Source of the DNA: a virus | Taxonomy: Duplodnaviria; Caudoviricetes | DNA: 64,000 nt | IMG/VR virus record: IMGVR_UViG_3300037722_000745 | Location: 1-64,000 of that record | Strand: one strand, 5' to 3' | Part shown: in pieces, positions 18,195 to 27,844 of the stretch | How the letters are laid out: each line of letters begins with the position of its first letter | Numbering within the stretch: position 1 is the first letter of the stretch | Notes under the pieces: model-generated | The model's input: only the letters and a program-made list of their open reading frames with translations | Told to the model about the DNA's origin: nothing | Databases searched by the model: none | Translations under genes and position numbers: made by a program

Positions 18195-19441
18195 TCCCGC
18201 CGAATCTCCGCGATCTCGTCCTCCGAAGGGTTAACCCCAAGAGCGGCGGCGTCTTGCAGCAACTCTTTTCGCGCGGCTCGGGTTCTCTCGTACTCAGCAT
18301 ACCGCGCGTCGTAGTCGGCTGCGACCTCGTGACCGTGACGGCGGCAGTACGGTCGGTCAAGATCGTCGACCGCGACCGGCTGATTCCTGCCAGGATCTGC
18401 CGCAGGCGCTGGGTTTGTGACCGCCTTCTGTGCCTCATAGGCTTCGAGCAAGCCGCGGAACGTGATGAAGGGGTTGGCACCCTCTTCGAGCAGGGGGTTG
18501 AACTTGAGCGTGAAGCCGGCGGCGGGGGTGTGTCCGCCTCCCCCGTGCGCCTTGCAGAAGGCCCCGCAGTCGTAGCCGGTGTGAGACCGCGTCGAATAGA
18601 CCAGGCTCGCTGTCTGGTTGTCCGTGACTCCCATGTAGTCGAAGCCAACCACGAAGTCTGCATCCTCGTGGAGTAGCTCAGCGGCGTCGCTCGACAGCCG
18701 TGTCCCCGAGAACATCACGACCCGAGTGCCCAGAGGCGTCGTGAACCGCCACGAGTTCTCGATGGCTCGCTTAACTGCTTTCTCAGTGCGCTCGAACAAC
18801 GTCTTACCCATGATCCGACGCTCCGCCCACCAGCTCTGGTGGATCTGGGAGAAGGTGTCAGACTTGTCGATCCAACTCTCCGCGGGGAAGAACCTGAACG
18901 CCTCCGCCAGGTAGCAGGCGGGCTTCCACTCGGGGTCATTGCGACGCCACGTGTCGCGAATCCCGGACAGCCGAGCGATGGTCTCGACATTGTGCTGCTC
19001 GTAGCTGTCCCGCTCGCCACACAACGGGATCCAGACTTCCTCGTAGGCCAAGTTGGCTCCGGCAATCCCAGGGCGCTCGATCTCGTCGGCAAAGACGCCC
19101 ATGTCCCCGAACCCCATAACGATATCCTTGGCCTGCCTGTGATGGTCTAGAAGCATCGTGCCGGCAGCAGCGTATCGCTCGCCAATCTCACGCTCGATCT
19201 CGGCTTTAGCTTCTAGGTCCATCGCCTCCGAGCGGTTGACCCCCGGCGGGGAAAAGTTGCAGATCAACAACCCCTCTTCGGGCTCCATCGCCGTGTGCTC
19301 GGGCGTGTTGTACAGGATGAACCGGATCTCGGCGTCGGGAAGTACATCGTGCAAGATGACGGCCGAAGCCATCCCATCAGCGCAAGACTTGTGGACGATG
19401 ATCTTCTTGACGGCTCGGAGTTTGTCGATAGGTAGGGGCAT
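18173..19441 (-). CDS. DHH/DHHA1 phosphoesterase with antitoxin-like C-terminal extension
   Basis: VHKSCADGMASA, LLDHH, YSTRS, AHGGGGHTPAAGF; tail ELLQDAAALGVNPSEDEIAEIRREW overlaps the PIN start. Confidence 0.88.
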   Translation of the reverse strand: MPLPIDKLRAVKKIIVHKSCADGMASAVILHDVLPDAEIRFILYNTPEHTAMEPEEGLLICNFSPPGVNRSEAMDLEAKAEIEREIGERYAAAGTMLLDHHRQAKDIVMGFGDMGVFADEIERPGIAGANLAYEEVWIPLCGERDSYEQHNVETIARLSGIRDTWRRNDPEWKPACYLAEAFRFFPAESWIDKSDTFSQIHQSWWAERRIMGKTLFERTEKAVKRAIENSWRFTTPLGTRVVMFSGTRLSSDAAELLHEDADFVVGFDYMGVTDNQTASLVYSTRSHTGYDCGAFCKAHGGGGHTPAAGFTLKFNPLLEEGANPFITFRGLLEAYEAQKAVTNPAPAADPGRNQPVAVDDLDRPYCRRHGHEVAADYDARYAEYERTRAARKELLQDAAALGVNPSEDEIAEIRREWAPAAD

Positions 19442-19776
19442 TGGTGGCCTCTACACCGCGGATCAGCTCGGAATCGTAACTAACTCGGGGCGCCCGACCG
19501 GATCGATTCCGGCCCCAAGCAGCCGCGTTGCTGCCTGCACCGCGAAGCACTTGTCACTGGAGTGGATGCTCGAATAGAAGGTCAACAACGTCCGCGGTTC
19601 GACGACGCGGAAGCCGCCGGGTCGCACCAAGAAAGGGACGGCCCGGACGAAAAAGTCGATCGTGAGCCGAAAGGATTCCTCAGCGAAGCACCGCGAGCCC
19701 ATAGTTGATGCGATGCTCGGGCCACGTCATGAAGGAACCTTAATCCGTTCGATGGTGATGCGGTTGTGCACTCTAG

Positions 19777-20292
19777 TCACGGATCATACTCGTAGACAAA
19801 AACCAGCAGATCTTCAAGTGTACGCTGAATGATTGGCTCGATCACACTCCAATCCCCCTGGGCCAATCCGGTTCCAATTTTCGGCATATGAATGCTCGCC
19901 CCCTTGTCGCCCACCCCACTCCTAACCTCATGCAGACACTTCTCCAAAGCGTCGTAGCGGATTGGTGGACGGGTGTTCGGCTCCGACCCCTGATGCCGCC
20001 CCCGGTTGGCCTTCCCGTACCCTTCCTGTGCGATCATGTTCACAACTGACAGCGGCGGTTCCCCCTGCACCGGGACGATCTGAATCTCCCCTAGCTTGAA
20101 ATCGCCGGCAAGTAGGGTGCGGCCCTCTCGATACCATTTTCGGTACTCCCGCTCCGGCTCCGGCCACCGCTTCGAAAGGGCTAAGACAAAGCCCCTACCC
20201 CACCCGCCACAGTTGTTGCACACATGCGCGATGAAACGGGGCCCGCCCGTATCGATAGGCTTGGTAGCGTCCCCTTTGCGGTAGTAGATCAT
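19777..20292 (-). CDS. macro-domain (ADP-ribose processing) protein
   Basis: YRKGDAT, IAHVCNNCGGWGRGFVLAL, VVNMIAQ, IRYDAL, HMPKIGTGLAQGDW. Confidence 0.92.
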   Translation of the reverse strand: MIYYRKGDATKPIDTGGPRFIAHVCNNCGGWGRGFVLALSKRWPEPEREYRKWYREGRTLLAGDFKLGEIQIVPVQGEPPLSVVNMIAQEGYGKANRGRHQGSEPNTRPPIRYDALEKCLHEVRSGVGDKGASIHMPKIGTGLAQGDWSVIEPIIQRTLEDLLVFVYEYDP

Positions 20293-20314
20293 CTTGTTGA
20301 ATCTCGTAAGTCAG

Positions 20315-20587
20315 ATGTTCAGCCCTGAAGATATCCACGCGATCAACAACTTGCACCAAGTCCTCTTGATTGGCACTGATGCCGGCTACGGACTCACCAA
20401 GGAGAACAAATCCTGTGTGTTGGAGTTCGCCTTGCCTGTGGTTGATCAATCTCCAGTGGTGGTGAGAGTTGCCCCCAACGTGTTCGGCTCAGAACGCCTC
20501 CATGAATGGACGGGGTCAACGATTAAAGAAGCTGTGGAGAACGCTCACGAGAGCATCCGCACTTGGGTACAAGCTACACCAAGATAG
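20315..20587 (+). CDS. hypothetical protein
   Basis: Plausible ORF filling the gap between the macro and SLOG genes. Confidence 0.45.
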   Translation: MFSPEDIHAINNLHQVLLIGTDAGYGLTKENKSCVLEFALPVVDQSPVVVRVAPNVFGSERLHEWTGSTIKEAVENAHESIRTWVQATPR

Positions 20588-20963
20588 GCGGGAACAGGAT
20601 CTCAAATCGGACTTTAGCGACCCACAGCTTATGGGCCATGTCCCGGGTTCCACGATTTTCGTGGTGGGTTGAGAACCCGAACGCCTTGTCGATGCGGATG
20701 CCGTTCTTGTCCGGGTGTTCCTCAGAGAGCATCCGGGCGTTGCGACGGTGGCCGGCGGCTTTACCGTATTCCTCCCAGTCCTCGTCAGGGATAGGGTACT
20801 CACGGATTTCAAACCCTAGACTTTTGCCAACCTGGCCGGCGAGGCGATCCGCTCCGTGCGCTCCGCCGTGTACTAGGACAGTGTCTTTCGGAAGCTTAGA
20901 CAGGATCCGGTAGATGATCCCATCCCACAACCATTCCCGAGAGCCGAAGACGAGGATCTTCAC
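20574..20963 (-). CDS. SLOG-family (DUF2493/YspA-like) protein
   Basis: MKILVFGSREW, LVHGGAHGADRLA, AAGHRRNARM, GTRDM. Confidence 0.88.
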   Translation of the reverse strand: MKILVFGSREWLWDGIIYRILSKLPKDTVLVHGGAHGADRLAGQVGKSLGFEIREYPIPDEDWEEYGKAAGHRRNARMLSEEHPDKNGIRIDKAFGFSTHHENRGTRDMAHKLWVAKVRFEILFPPILV

Positions 20964-20984
20964 TCAGCGGGGCTACACCAACCT

Positions 20985-21644
20985 TTAGAACGAATTTCGC
21001 TTGGCTCGGATGGCATCCAGCAGCTCGTTGCGGATCTCCTGGTTCACCACTTTGTCCCGGCGAGGCTTGGTGTCGGCGTACCAAGCGTTGAGGTCCTCCA
21101 TGCTCCCTAATGCCTCCAGCTCCGCCAGCAACCTCCGCTGATCGTCTAGCTCATGGAACTGTGCCGGTGACTCTTTGAAGATTTTCGAATCCTCGCTTGT
21201 AGCAGCCTCAGGCACATCCGAGAGTTTCACCGTGATATCAGTCGCCCAGCGAGCGGCTTCGAAAGCTCTGTCGAGCACCGCTCTCCCTCGCTCCTCTTGC
21301 GCCGCGTCCCCACCCAAGATGGCATTTAGGATTTCCCTGACGGCTTCTAGCGCACCTACTACGGCGTCGTACTGGGCCTGGGTCTTGATGCCTGGCATCT
21401 GCCGTCGAAGCAGTTCGGCCATCATCAATTCAGGGTCCTTGAGGGCTTCCTCGTTCTGCGCACTCTTAACAAGCGCTTCCCAATCCAACCATTCGTACCC
21501 TTGGGTGAGGCCCTTCCAATACGAGGCGTGTGTGTCTCCCTTACGAATAGCCTGGAGAGCTAATCGGGTGACCTCACTCCGCCAGGCTTCCTCACCATGC
21601 AACTCTTTGAACTGTTCCAAATGATCCACAACCGTTGTCTGCAT
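20985..21644 (-). CDS. hypothetical protein
   Basis: 219-aa helical ORF in a tightly packed operon. Confidence 0.7.
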   Translation of the reverse strand: MQTTVVDHLEQFKELHGEEAWRSEVTRLALQAIRKGDTHASYWKGLTQGYEWLDWEALVKSAQNEEALKDPELMMAELLRRQMPGIKTQAQYDAVVGALEAVREILNAILGGDAAQEERGRAVLDRAFEAARWATDITVKLSDVPEAATSEDSKIFKESPAQFHELDDQRRLLAELEALGSMEDLNAWYADTKPRRDKVVNQEIRNELLDAIRAKRNSF

Positions 21645-21916
21645 CAGTTTTCGTCCTTAGGCTTGATCAACCTGTCGTAGAGCCGTTGAGACAAGACGCC
21701 ATGCTCGACCACACCAGATTCTCGCAACAGCATCTCGTACAACCCCTTGAGCAGCTCAGCTCCCGTCGTCCGATCTTGCATAACCCTAAGACAGGGGGAG
21801 CAGTAAGATACTTCATCCGGGGCCGTCGGCCCGATGGCTGCCTTCTCTTCCTCGGTGAGGGTGAACGTGTCCCCTTGCTCGTAGTCTTTGTTGCAGACCA
21901 CACAAGTGTTAGCCAC
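21644..21916 (-). CDS. small Zn-binding hypothetical protein
   Basis: CVVC...CSPC; overlaps both neighbours. Confidence 0.65.
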   Translation of the reverse strand: MANTCVVCNKDYEQGDTFTLTEEEKAAIGPTAPDEVSYCSPCLRVMQDRTTGAELLKGLYEMLLRESGVVEHGVLSQRLYDRLIKPKDEN

Positions 21917-22508
21917 GAACTCTCCTCACATACGTTCTGGCCGCGTCCTCTATCGCAATTTCTCCTAGGTCAACCGACTCTCCTAGTAGCACTGCCGCCG
22001 GAAGAGGCATCAACAGAGGTATGACCCCTATCCGCCGTAGGTGTCGTCCTACGTCTTCCGTGTACCTCGCAATGAGTTCGGTGTTAGGTACAAAATCCCC
22101 ATCTAGTTCGTGAGGATGGCAACGGTAGGGATCTCCCCGAGCGAAGGTTGTTCGGCAATGTAAGGGTCTAGCATTGTACCCCAAACAACACCCCTCTGAA
22201 AGCAGTGCGCATGGGATGTTGCTCAGCATCCACACCTCCATCGCCAAGCCGGCCACTCTGTCTTGAGCCGCCCCAAGACGTGCCCTTAAGGACGAGGTCC
22301 ACAGGCTCTGAGATTTCAAATGCCGATAGAGCAACAACCCCTCTACCAAGGTGATCAGAAACGGATGGTGGCAGCAATGCGAACACCCTTTAGAGCATGT
22401 GACAGGGCCACCCTGCCTAACTTTCTGCTCATGGTCCGAACTGGTCTGGATTTGAATAGCCTTCACATCTGCTACGGACCGTTCGACCAGCACAGAAAGG
22501 CGTCTCAT
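21909..22508 (-). CDS. YkgJ-like Zn/Fe-chelating Cys-cluster protein
   Basis: CSKGCSHCC, PCALLSEGCCLGYNARPLHCR. Confidence 0.85.
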   Translation of the reverse strand: MRRLSVLVERSVADVKAIQIQTSSDHEQKVRQGGPVTCSKGCSHCCHHPFLITLVEGLLLYRHLKSQSLWTSSLRARLGAAQDRVAGLAMEVWMLSNIPCALLSEGCCLGYNARPLHCRTTFARGDPYRCHPHELDGDFVPNTELIARYTEDVGRHLRRIGVIPLLMPLPAAVLLGESVDLGEIAIEDAARTYVRRVRG

Positions 22509-23014
22509 GTGTCGTCATCCGTCAGCAGATGCGAGTACAGATTGCCGATCTTAGGGGCGGGTTGGGCTGTCGTACTCTGCTGCGGACCACGACTTGGTCT
22601 ACGTTGGGAAGAAGACAGGAAGCCTCGTGGGATGTTCACCGGGAAACTGCGCCCACCATTGTTGGTTAGGGTGAGACGATCCCTGAACCCTAATCCTAGT
22701 GTAGAGTTCACAAACAATGCCCCACCCATCTGAAAGGGGTCGACCTTAACCCAATCGACTAGCCAAGCCAGAGGCTGCGACCCGTTGTGTACCGAGACAA
22801 GACGTCCGGGGCGGTTAGTCAATGTGACAAAAGGCCAATCTCGGGTAGGATTACAGAGGATCTCTGCCCCCAGAGCCTCAGCTTCACCATCCACAGCCCC
22901 CAAACTCTCTGTGGTGTGCTGCTCAGATTCTAAAATCGCAGTCCCAGTGGTAGCGTCGATCTTATGGACAAACCATAACAGGGACTTCCAACGCACCAGG
23001 TCGCCTACTTCCAT
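22505..23014 (-). CDS. hypothetical protein
   Basis: Start ATG 23014 (MEVGDLVRWK) supported by GGTGTA 10 nt upstream. Confidence 0.65.
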   Translation of the reverse strand: MEVGDLVRWKSLLWFVHKIDATTGTAILESEQHTTESLGAVDGEAEALGAEILCNPTRDWPFVTLTNRPGRLVSVHNGSQPLAWLVDWVKVDPFQMGGALFVNSTLGLGFRDRLTLTNNGGRSFPVNIPRGFLSSSQRRPSRGPQQSTTAQPAPKIGNLYSHLLTDDDT

Positions 23015-23187
23015 GGGCCTAACATACACCACGTGAGGCCGTCGTAGTACTCGGCCACCCCTCGTGTCGCGTCCTCCACGCGCTCGTCGTAGCACACGCT
23101 GCAGTAGGGGTTCTCGGCGAACGAGCGCGGCGACTCCGCCATCGGTCGGCCACAGTATCGACAGCATTGGACGCGCTCGTAGATCAT
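23005..23187 (-). CDS. small Zn-finger protein
   Basis: CRYCG...YCSVC. Confidence 0.5.
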   Translation of the reverse strand: MIYERVQCCRYCGRPMAESPRSFAENPYCSVCYDERVEDATRGVAEYYDGLTWCMLGPWK

Positions 23188-23311
23188 CTCTTAGCCGCCC
23201 GCGAGCCAGTCTTCAGACTGAGCTTCGGCGTTTCCACGAACTCCTGCAGCGCTCGGTCGATGAAACTTCCCAAGCTTCGATGTGGGATTCGAACAACGGT
23301 TCTTCATCCCT

Positions 23312-23349
23312 AGAAAGAGGGGTCGAACGTCTGTCCGACCCCTCTTTCT
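23312..23349. terminator. 14-bp perfect hairpin
   Basis: AGAAAGAGGGGTCG-N10-CGACCCCTCTTTCT just downstream of the H1-like gene. Confidence 0.55.
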
Positions 23350-23384
23350 CGAGAGGCGTGGGCCTCCCAAAGATGATCCGTCGA

Positions 23385-24179
23385 TCAGCTCAACTGTGAT
23401 GAGAGGTCGGCCATGTTCAGGCCAGACTCAGCCAGCATAGTCTCTGCCGGGGACTCTGTGGGGGTGTCCGGCGACTCGTTAGTTTCAATGGGCGCTGCCT
23501 TCGTGGTAGATTCTTCAGGCTCCGCCGGGGCTTCCTGCTGCTTGGCGGCACCGTTCTTCTTCCCCGACTTACCCTTCTTTGGGCCTCGACGCGATCGCCC
23601 CTTCATGGCATTCAGGGTCTCTGCTCTCACGACGTCCGTCAAGAACTTGGCGACTCGATACTGACCTCGAACGATCTCCCCGCCATTCAAGGCCGGCAAG
23701 AACAAGGGCCCATGAACATCCTTCGCCGCACTGAAAGTCGTGGCAACATGGGCCTTGAGTTTCTTCCCATCCGAGGTGGACAACCCCTCAGCGATGAGAA
23801 GGTCTGCCACTTCTTTCGCTCTGTGGGCCTTCCGGCCCATGACCTTCATCATTTTGCTAGCCATGCTACCGCCCTCTTTGGGCTTACGACCCTTCGTGGT
23901 GGGCGCGGGCGTAGCGGAAGCCTTGGCCTTTCTACCAGCCTTCTTCTTGCCAGCCTTCTTCTTGGCCTTTCTACCGGCTTTCTTCTTACCCGTCTCCGCA
24001 TCCGGGAAGACTTCCGCAAACTTCGAGGCTTGTGTCTGGAGGGTCTCAACTGCCGCATACGCGGTGTCGAAATCCTTCTTGGCTTTCAGCAATGCCGCTT
24101 CTGTTGTTGCCTTGGCCTTCTGAGCGGCAGCAAGGCTCTTGCTCAGCTCTTCCCGCGCTTTCTTCAAAATCGCATCCAT
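23385..24179 (-). CDS. Lys/Ala-rich histone-H1-like DNA-binding protein
   Basis: Tandem GKKKAGRKAK repeats, central wHTH-like segment, acidic tail; AGGAG 6 nt before ATG 24179. Confidence 0.7.
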   Translation of the reverse strand: MDAILKKAREELSKSLAAAQKAKATTEAALLKAKKDFDTAYAAVETLQTQASKFAEVFPDAETGKKKAGRKAKKKAGKKKAGRKAKASATPAPTTKGRKPKEGGSMASKMMKVMGRKAHRAKEVADLLIAEGLSTSDGKKLKAHVATTFSAAKDVHGPLFLPALNGGEIVRGQYRVAKFLTDVVRAETLNAMKGRSRRGPKKGKSGKKNGAAKQQEAPAEPEESTTKAAPIETNESPDTPTESPAETMLAESGLNMADLSSQLS

Positions 24180-24244
24180 GCTCATCTCCTGATTCGATGT
24201 TATCGTTATCGTCGGCCGATGGGCAGGGCCGGAAACTTCGTTCC

Positions 24245-24274
24245 AGCTCAATAAGATTCACACCCTATTGAGCT
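24245..24274. promoter_or_regulatory. 9-bp inverted repeat, operator-like
   Basis: AGCTCAATA-N12-TATTGAGCT upstream of the H1-like gene. Confidence 0.45.
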
Positions 24275-24409
24275 AACAACGCGCCTCGAATCTAACCCTC
24301 GGAATACAACACTGCAATAGCAATGTGTGGAATTCAACAGGACGAGATCCACAAAAACTATGGAGCCTGCTTCAATCGGGACCCGAATTACACTCGTAAA
24401 TACACGATA

Positions 24410-24649
24410 CTATTCGGTGAATTCCCGGTCCAGGTCACGATCATGAATAACTCCAAGGCGGCGCAAGCATTGCTCCTCTCGACCCGAGCTTAGCGCCTTG
24501 CGCAGTTCCTGGGTCCGTCGATCATTGGCCGACTCAGCGCGTTGGAGCGCTCTACGAGCAAGCCGTCTCCAGTCCTCCTTACGACTGGGGGCTTGAGGTC
24601 GTTGAGCACTCTTTTTCTGCGGGCGCTGGCCCAGGTGTCTTAGAGGCAT
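24410..24649 (-). CDS. small basic hypothetical protein
   Basis: 79-aa ORF. Confidence 0.45.
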   Translation of the reverse strand: MPLRHLGQRPQKKSAQRPQAPSRKEDWRRLARRALQRAESANDRRTQELRKALSSGREEQCLRRLGVIHDRDLDREFTE

Positions 24650-24986
24650 GGTTGTCCGTGGGGGCTAACTGTTGCTGAATAGCCTCTTCCATCGAAAGAA
24701 CTTCGTCGCGCGTGGCTCCCATCGAAGTCGCGATCAATTGCAGGACGATTTCCCGTTGCAGCGCCAGCTCCCCCCGAAGAGCCTCGATGTCTTCTCTCAT
24801 CTTGTCAAAGGCGGGTCGGATGGTCTGAACAGCCCGACCGAACTCCTCCATCCGTGCGCTGAACGCCTTCATTTCCTCTAGGTGGGGCTGGACCTCACGG
24901 GCCAGCTTCTCAGCGATGTTCTCTAGAGAGCCGCCGGGAGAGGATCCTGTTCTCTTGGCATGTGATCGTCGTGCGTGACGGTTCAT
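24579..24986 (-). CDS. coiled-coil hypothetical protein
   Basis: 135-aa ORF beginning MNRHARR. Confidence 0.6.
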   Translation of the reverse strand: MNRHARRSHAKRTGSSPGGSLENIAEKLAREVQPHLEEMKAFSARMEEFGRAVQTIRPAFDKMREDIEALRGELALQREIVLQLIATSMGATRDEVLSMEEAIQQQLAPTDNHASKTPGPAPAEKECSTTSSPQS

Positions 24987-24991
24987 AGCCG

Positions 24992-25393
24992 TTATTGGGC
25001 AAAAGGCGGTTTGCCACGAAACAGAGCGTAGAATGGGATGGACCCGCTGTTGTGGGGTTGGTTGAGGAGAGCCTGCTCCACATCAGATTGCTCTACCGTA
25101 GGCAGCTTAGGGACTGTCTTCGCGAGGTTGATCAGACCCTGGTCCGAAGTCACTTTCAGCAGATCACTCCTCGCCTTATCGTCCCGTTCGAGAACATGGA
25201 TGATTTGCTCATCGCACATCGTATCGAGGAGACAGATGCCAGGAGCACTTGCATCGTTTGGGCTACAACCTCGTTCGACCCACACGTTCTCTGTACCGGG
25301 GACGTAAAGATCACATCGAGTCGCTGTTGGGGTTTCACACTCCGCTGGAATCTCGCAGGTACATGGAGTGGACTGGCAGCCGCAAGTAGACAT
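24992..25393 (-). CDS. Cys-rich hypothetical protein
   Basis: 133-aa ORF, N-terminal CGC..CTC. Confidence 0.6.
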   Translation of the reverse strand: MSTCGCQSTPCTCEIPAECETPTATRCDLYVPGTENVWVERGCSPNDASAPGICLLDTMCDEQIIHVLERDDKARSDLLKVTSDQGLINLAKTVPKLPTVEQSDVEQALLNQPHNSGSIPFYALFRGKPPFAQ

Positions 25394-25408
25394 AGGTGAG
25401 ACCTCAGT

Positions 25409-25705
25409 CTAAGGGTTGGGAAAAGTGGATTCTGATTGGAGCCAGTCGACCCGAAAAACCAGGGTGCTCTCGTGCTGTTCTGGGTTAGCACAAACCACCC
25501 TCATACGAGCGTATAGATGGGGAGCCCTACGGCGTAGGGCATGGTTGCTTGGGGCTCCTTCGGTAGGCTGCCCGCAGCGTTCGCACTTCCATGCTTTCAC
25601 ATGTGCGATCAGCTCATCCACACCGCACGTAATGATGGAGCGATCTACTTCAGCGTGCGTGAGATCTTCCGAATCCTCCACCAGTGCTGTATCTAGGTCA
25701 TCCAC
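25409..25705 (-). CDS. Zn-ribbon hypothetical protein
   Basis: GTG 25705 overlaps the upstream stop; CERCG...C..H. Confidence 0.55.
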   Translation of the reverse strand: MDDLDTALVEDSEDLTHAEVDRSIITCGVDELIAHVKAWKCERCGQPTEGAPSNHALRRRAPHLYARMRVVCANPEQHESTLVFRVDWLQSESTFPNP

Positions 25706-26522
25706 GGGTGACTGGCAAACGGGATGGGGTTGTGTTCCGTTTTTTGGGGGACAAGGTCTTATCCCCCACATAACAGTACGCACACCCATAGTTGCACGAT
25801 TCGTTGACTGTGAAGGGATCGATCGCAACAACACAGCCACAGTCCATTACGTGGCTGCTCCCATCGAAATCCGTGGGAAACACGCAAGCACCCGTTCGAA
25901 ACAACGCTCCGGAATGGTGGATGAAGCTCTGATCATCCGCACACAGGATCGTTTGTAGCCCGAACACCTTTGCTTCCTCAGATAGGGCGTTCAATAGGTC
26001 AAAACGCTCTGACACCCCTCGGGTCTCAGGTAGCCCATCGTTGTTTTGGAGGTAAGAGACGAAGACATGCCTGAGCCCAGCTATCGAAGCGTAGGCAAGC
26101 AGTCGCTGGAAACGGCTGTACAATTCGTGTTCCGGAAGCTGGGGAATAGGACTGAACCGCCAGTAGGTGTGCTCGTACGCTCGAGACGTCTCAATGAGTA
26201 GCCTGCCAGCCTCGTCCAACGAAGGGGCCCCTTTCTCAACTTCCCCCCAACCCGTGATCGTCATCTGCACGACCGTACGGTAAGGATCTAGCAGCTTTTG
26301 ATCCAGAAGGAGATTCGTGGGGTTCTTCGTCCAAAAGATCAACCCAAGCGTGTCGGCTGGAGATAAGGACCAGACGCTTGGAGACGCAGTGCGAGGATCA
26401 ATTGCCACCATTTGACGTAGTTCCAGACAGGACTTAAACCACGACCACTTCGACACTGGGAGATCGGTCCAGCGGGAAAGGCTGTAAGGCACACGGTCTA
26501 CAACGCCACTGCGAAGGGACAT
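25698..26522 (-). CDS. DUF1848-family radical-SAM-like protein
   Basis: SLSRWTDLP, LIFWTKNP, QMTITG, WRFSPI, C-terminal CGC...SCNYGCAYCY. Confidence 0.85.
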   Translation of the reverse strand: MSLRSGVVDRVPYSLSRWTDLPVSKWSWFKSCLELRQMVAIDPRTASPSVWSLSPADTLGLIFWTKNPTNLLLDQKLLDPYRTVVQMTITGWGEVEKGAPSLDEAGRLLIETSRAYEHTYWRFSPIPQLPEHELYSRFQRLLAYASIAGLRHVFVSYLQNNDGLPETRGVSERFDLLNALSEEAKVFGLQTILCADDQSFIHHSGALFRTGACVFPTDFDGSSHVMDCGCVVAIDPFTVNESCNYGCAYCYVGDKTLSPKKRNTTPSRLPVTRG

Positions 26523-26578
26523 AGTCCATAGACTACACCAGTCCGCACCATTCGTGTGGGCCTACCGTGAAAAGTCGA

Positions 26579-27118
26579 TCAAGTCTTTCGCGTCACCGGA
26601 CGGTAGCCAGCCCGAGACGGCTCGACCCGGAAGCCCAATTTCTTACCGAGGGCCGCTAACGCCGCAAGGGCCGCTCGAGCAGAGGTTCTAGGGTTCCCGC
26701 CCTCATCAACCGGGTGCTCAAGGTCAACACGGCTTTCCTGACGCTCTCCAGCGCTCTCCTGGTGGAAGGCCAGCGGTCCGGATGTCTGGTGGCCGATTAC
26801 GCGAAGCGGCGCCTCGTAGGTACCCCCATCGTCTGCCACAACCTTGATCGTCGTATTGTTGATGTCTTGAATCGTGTCCCGATTGAACGGCTTGCTCTTG
26901 CTCTTTGGAACGAACACGACACTCATCCGAGACACCCCATAACCGTAGCCGGCCTGGTGGTACCGCCCCACTACCCTTTCAGCGGAGGTTTTGAAACGGT
27001 CCTTGTTCTTCTCGTGTTCCTCTCGCCATTTCTCAGCGTCTTCAGGACTCATGTCCTTCGTGGGGTCGGCAGGTTTACCCTCCTCAAACCGCGACAGGAC
27101 TTCCGTATTTGTCATCAT
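26579..27118 (-). CDS. hypothetical protein carrying VLSRF and VVGRY motifs
   Basis: MTNTEVLSRFEEG...KTSAERVVGRY. Confidence 0.7.
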   Translation of the reverse strand: MMTNTEVLSRFEEGKPADPTKDMSPEDAEKWREEHEKNKDRFKTSAERVVGRYHQAGYGYGVSRMSVVFVPKSKSKPFNRDTIQDINNTTIKVVADDGGTYEAPLRVIGHQTSGPLAFHQESAGERQESRVDLEHPVDEGGNPRTSARAALAALAALGKKLGFRVEPSRAGYRPVTRKT

Positions 27119-27125
27119 CTTACCC

Positions 27126-27844
27126 TCAAGTCCACTGCGAGAAGTGGGTGCTGTAGCTAATCTTGTTCTTCTTCAACCAATCAGAGAATTGGCCCCAAGA
27201 TACGTTCTTGAGAGCCTTCGGATCGCCCGACAGCATCTTGTACATCTTCCGACCCGCAGCAGGAGAGGATGCTTCGTAAAGCGTGTAGTGAGGGTCGTGA
27301 TTCTGCAGATCCGAGTTCGGGCTGTACGCCTTAAAGTTGGTCCACTCGACCTTCACCGTGAAGTCCTTGCCTTCGACGCTGAACGGGTCTATGCCCTCTG
27401 GTTCGACCTGCAGGTAGAAGACTTGCGCTTCCCGCCATTTGGAACTATCGATGATCCAGGGCCTCTTTACGTCAAGCTCCTCGGTCACCGCTTTGGCCGC
27501 CTCCTGCACAGCGTCACCGATCTTCTTCTTGATCTTGTCGTAGTCATCCGACTTGCTCAGGCTAGCCTTGGCCAGGATGTTCGGTACGAGGAAGCGACCC
27601 CAAGCACGTTCCTGGCTGCCGCGCTCGCTGAGATTCTCGTCAGCATTCCACCGGGGCAGGATTGGTCGGGCTACTTGAGTTCGCAAAGTCGCAACTTTCG
27701 CTTGCCCTTTTGGGGCAGCTCCTCCAGCTTCCAGCCGTGCCGCCACCAGGTCAAACGCGCATCACGACCGATGAACTTCCCCTCCCCAACCGCCGCCATA
27801 CGGCGTTGGTAGCGGGCGACCACTCGAAGCACTGAACTGTCCAT
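27126..27844 (-). CDS. VVARY-motif protein split by a -1 frameshift
   Basis: 57-aa ORF 27671-27844 (MDSSVLRVVARYQRR...PQKGKRK) overlaps the -1 frame ORF that runs to 27126. Confidence 0.65.

Noticed and set aside
23281-23300. GTTCGAATCCC T-loop-like sequence (minus strand) suggesting a tRNA
   Set aside because: No pairing T-stem or cloverleaf; no tRNA recognised anywhere in the window.
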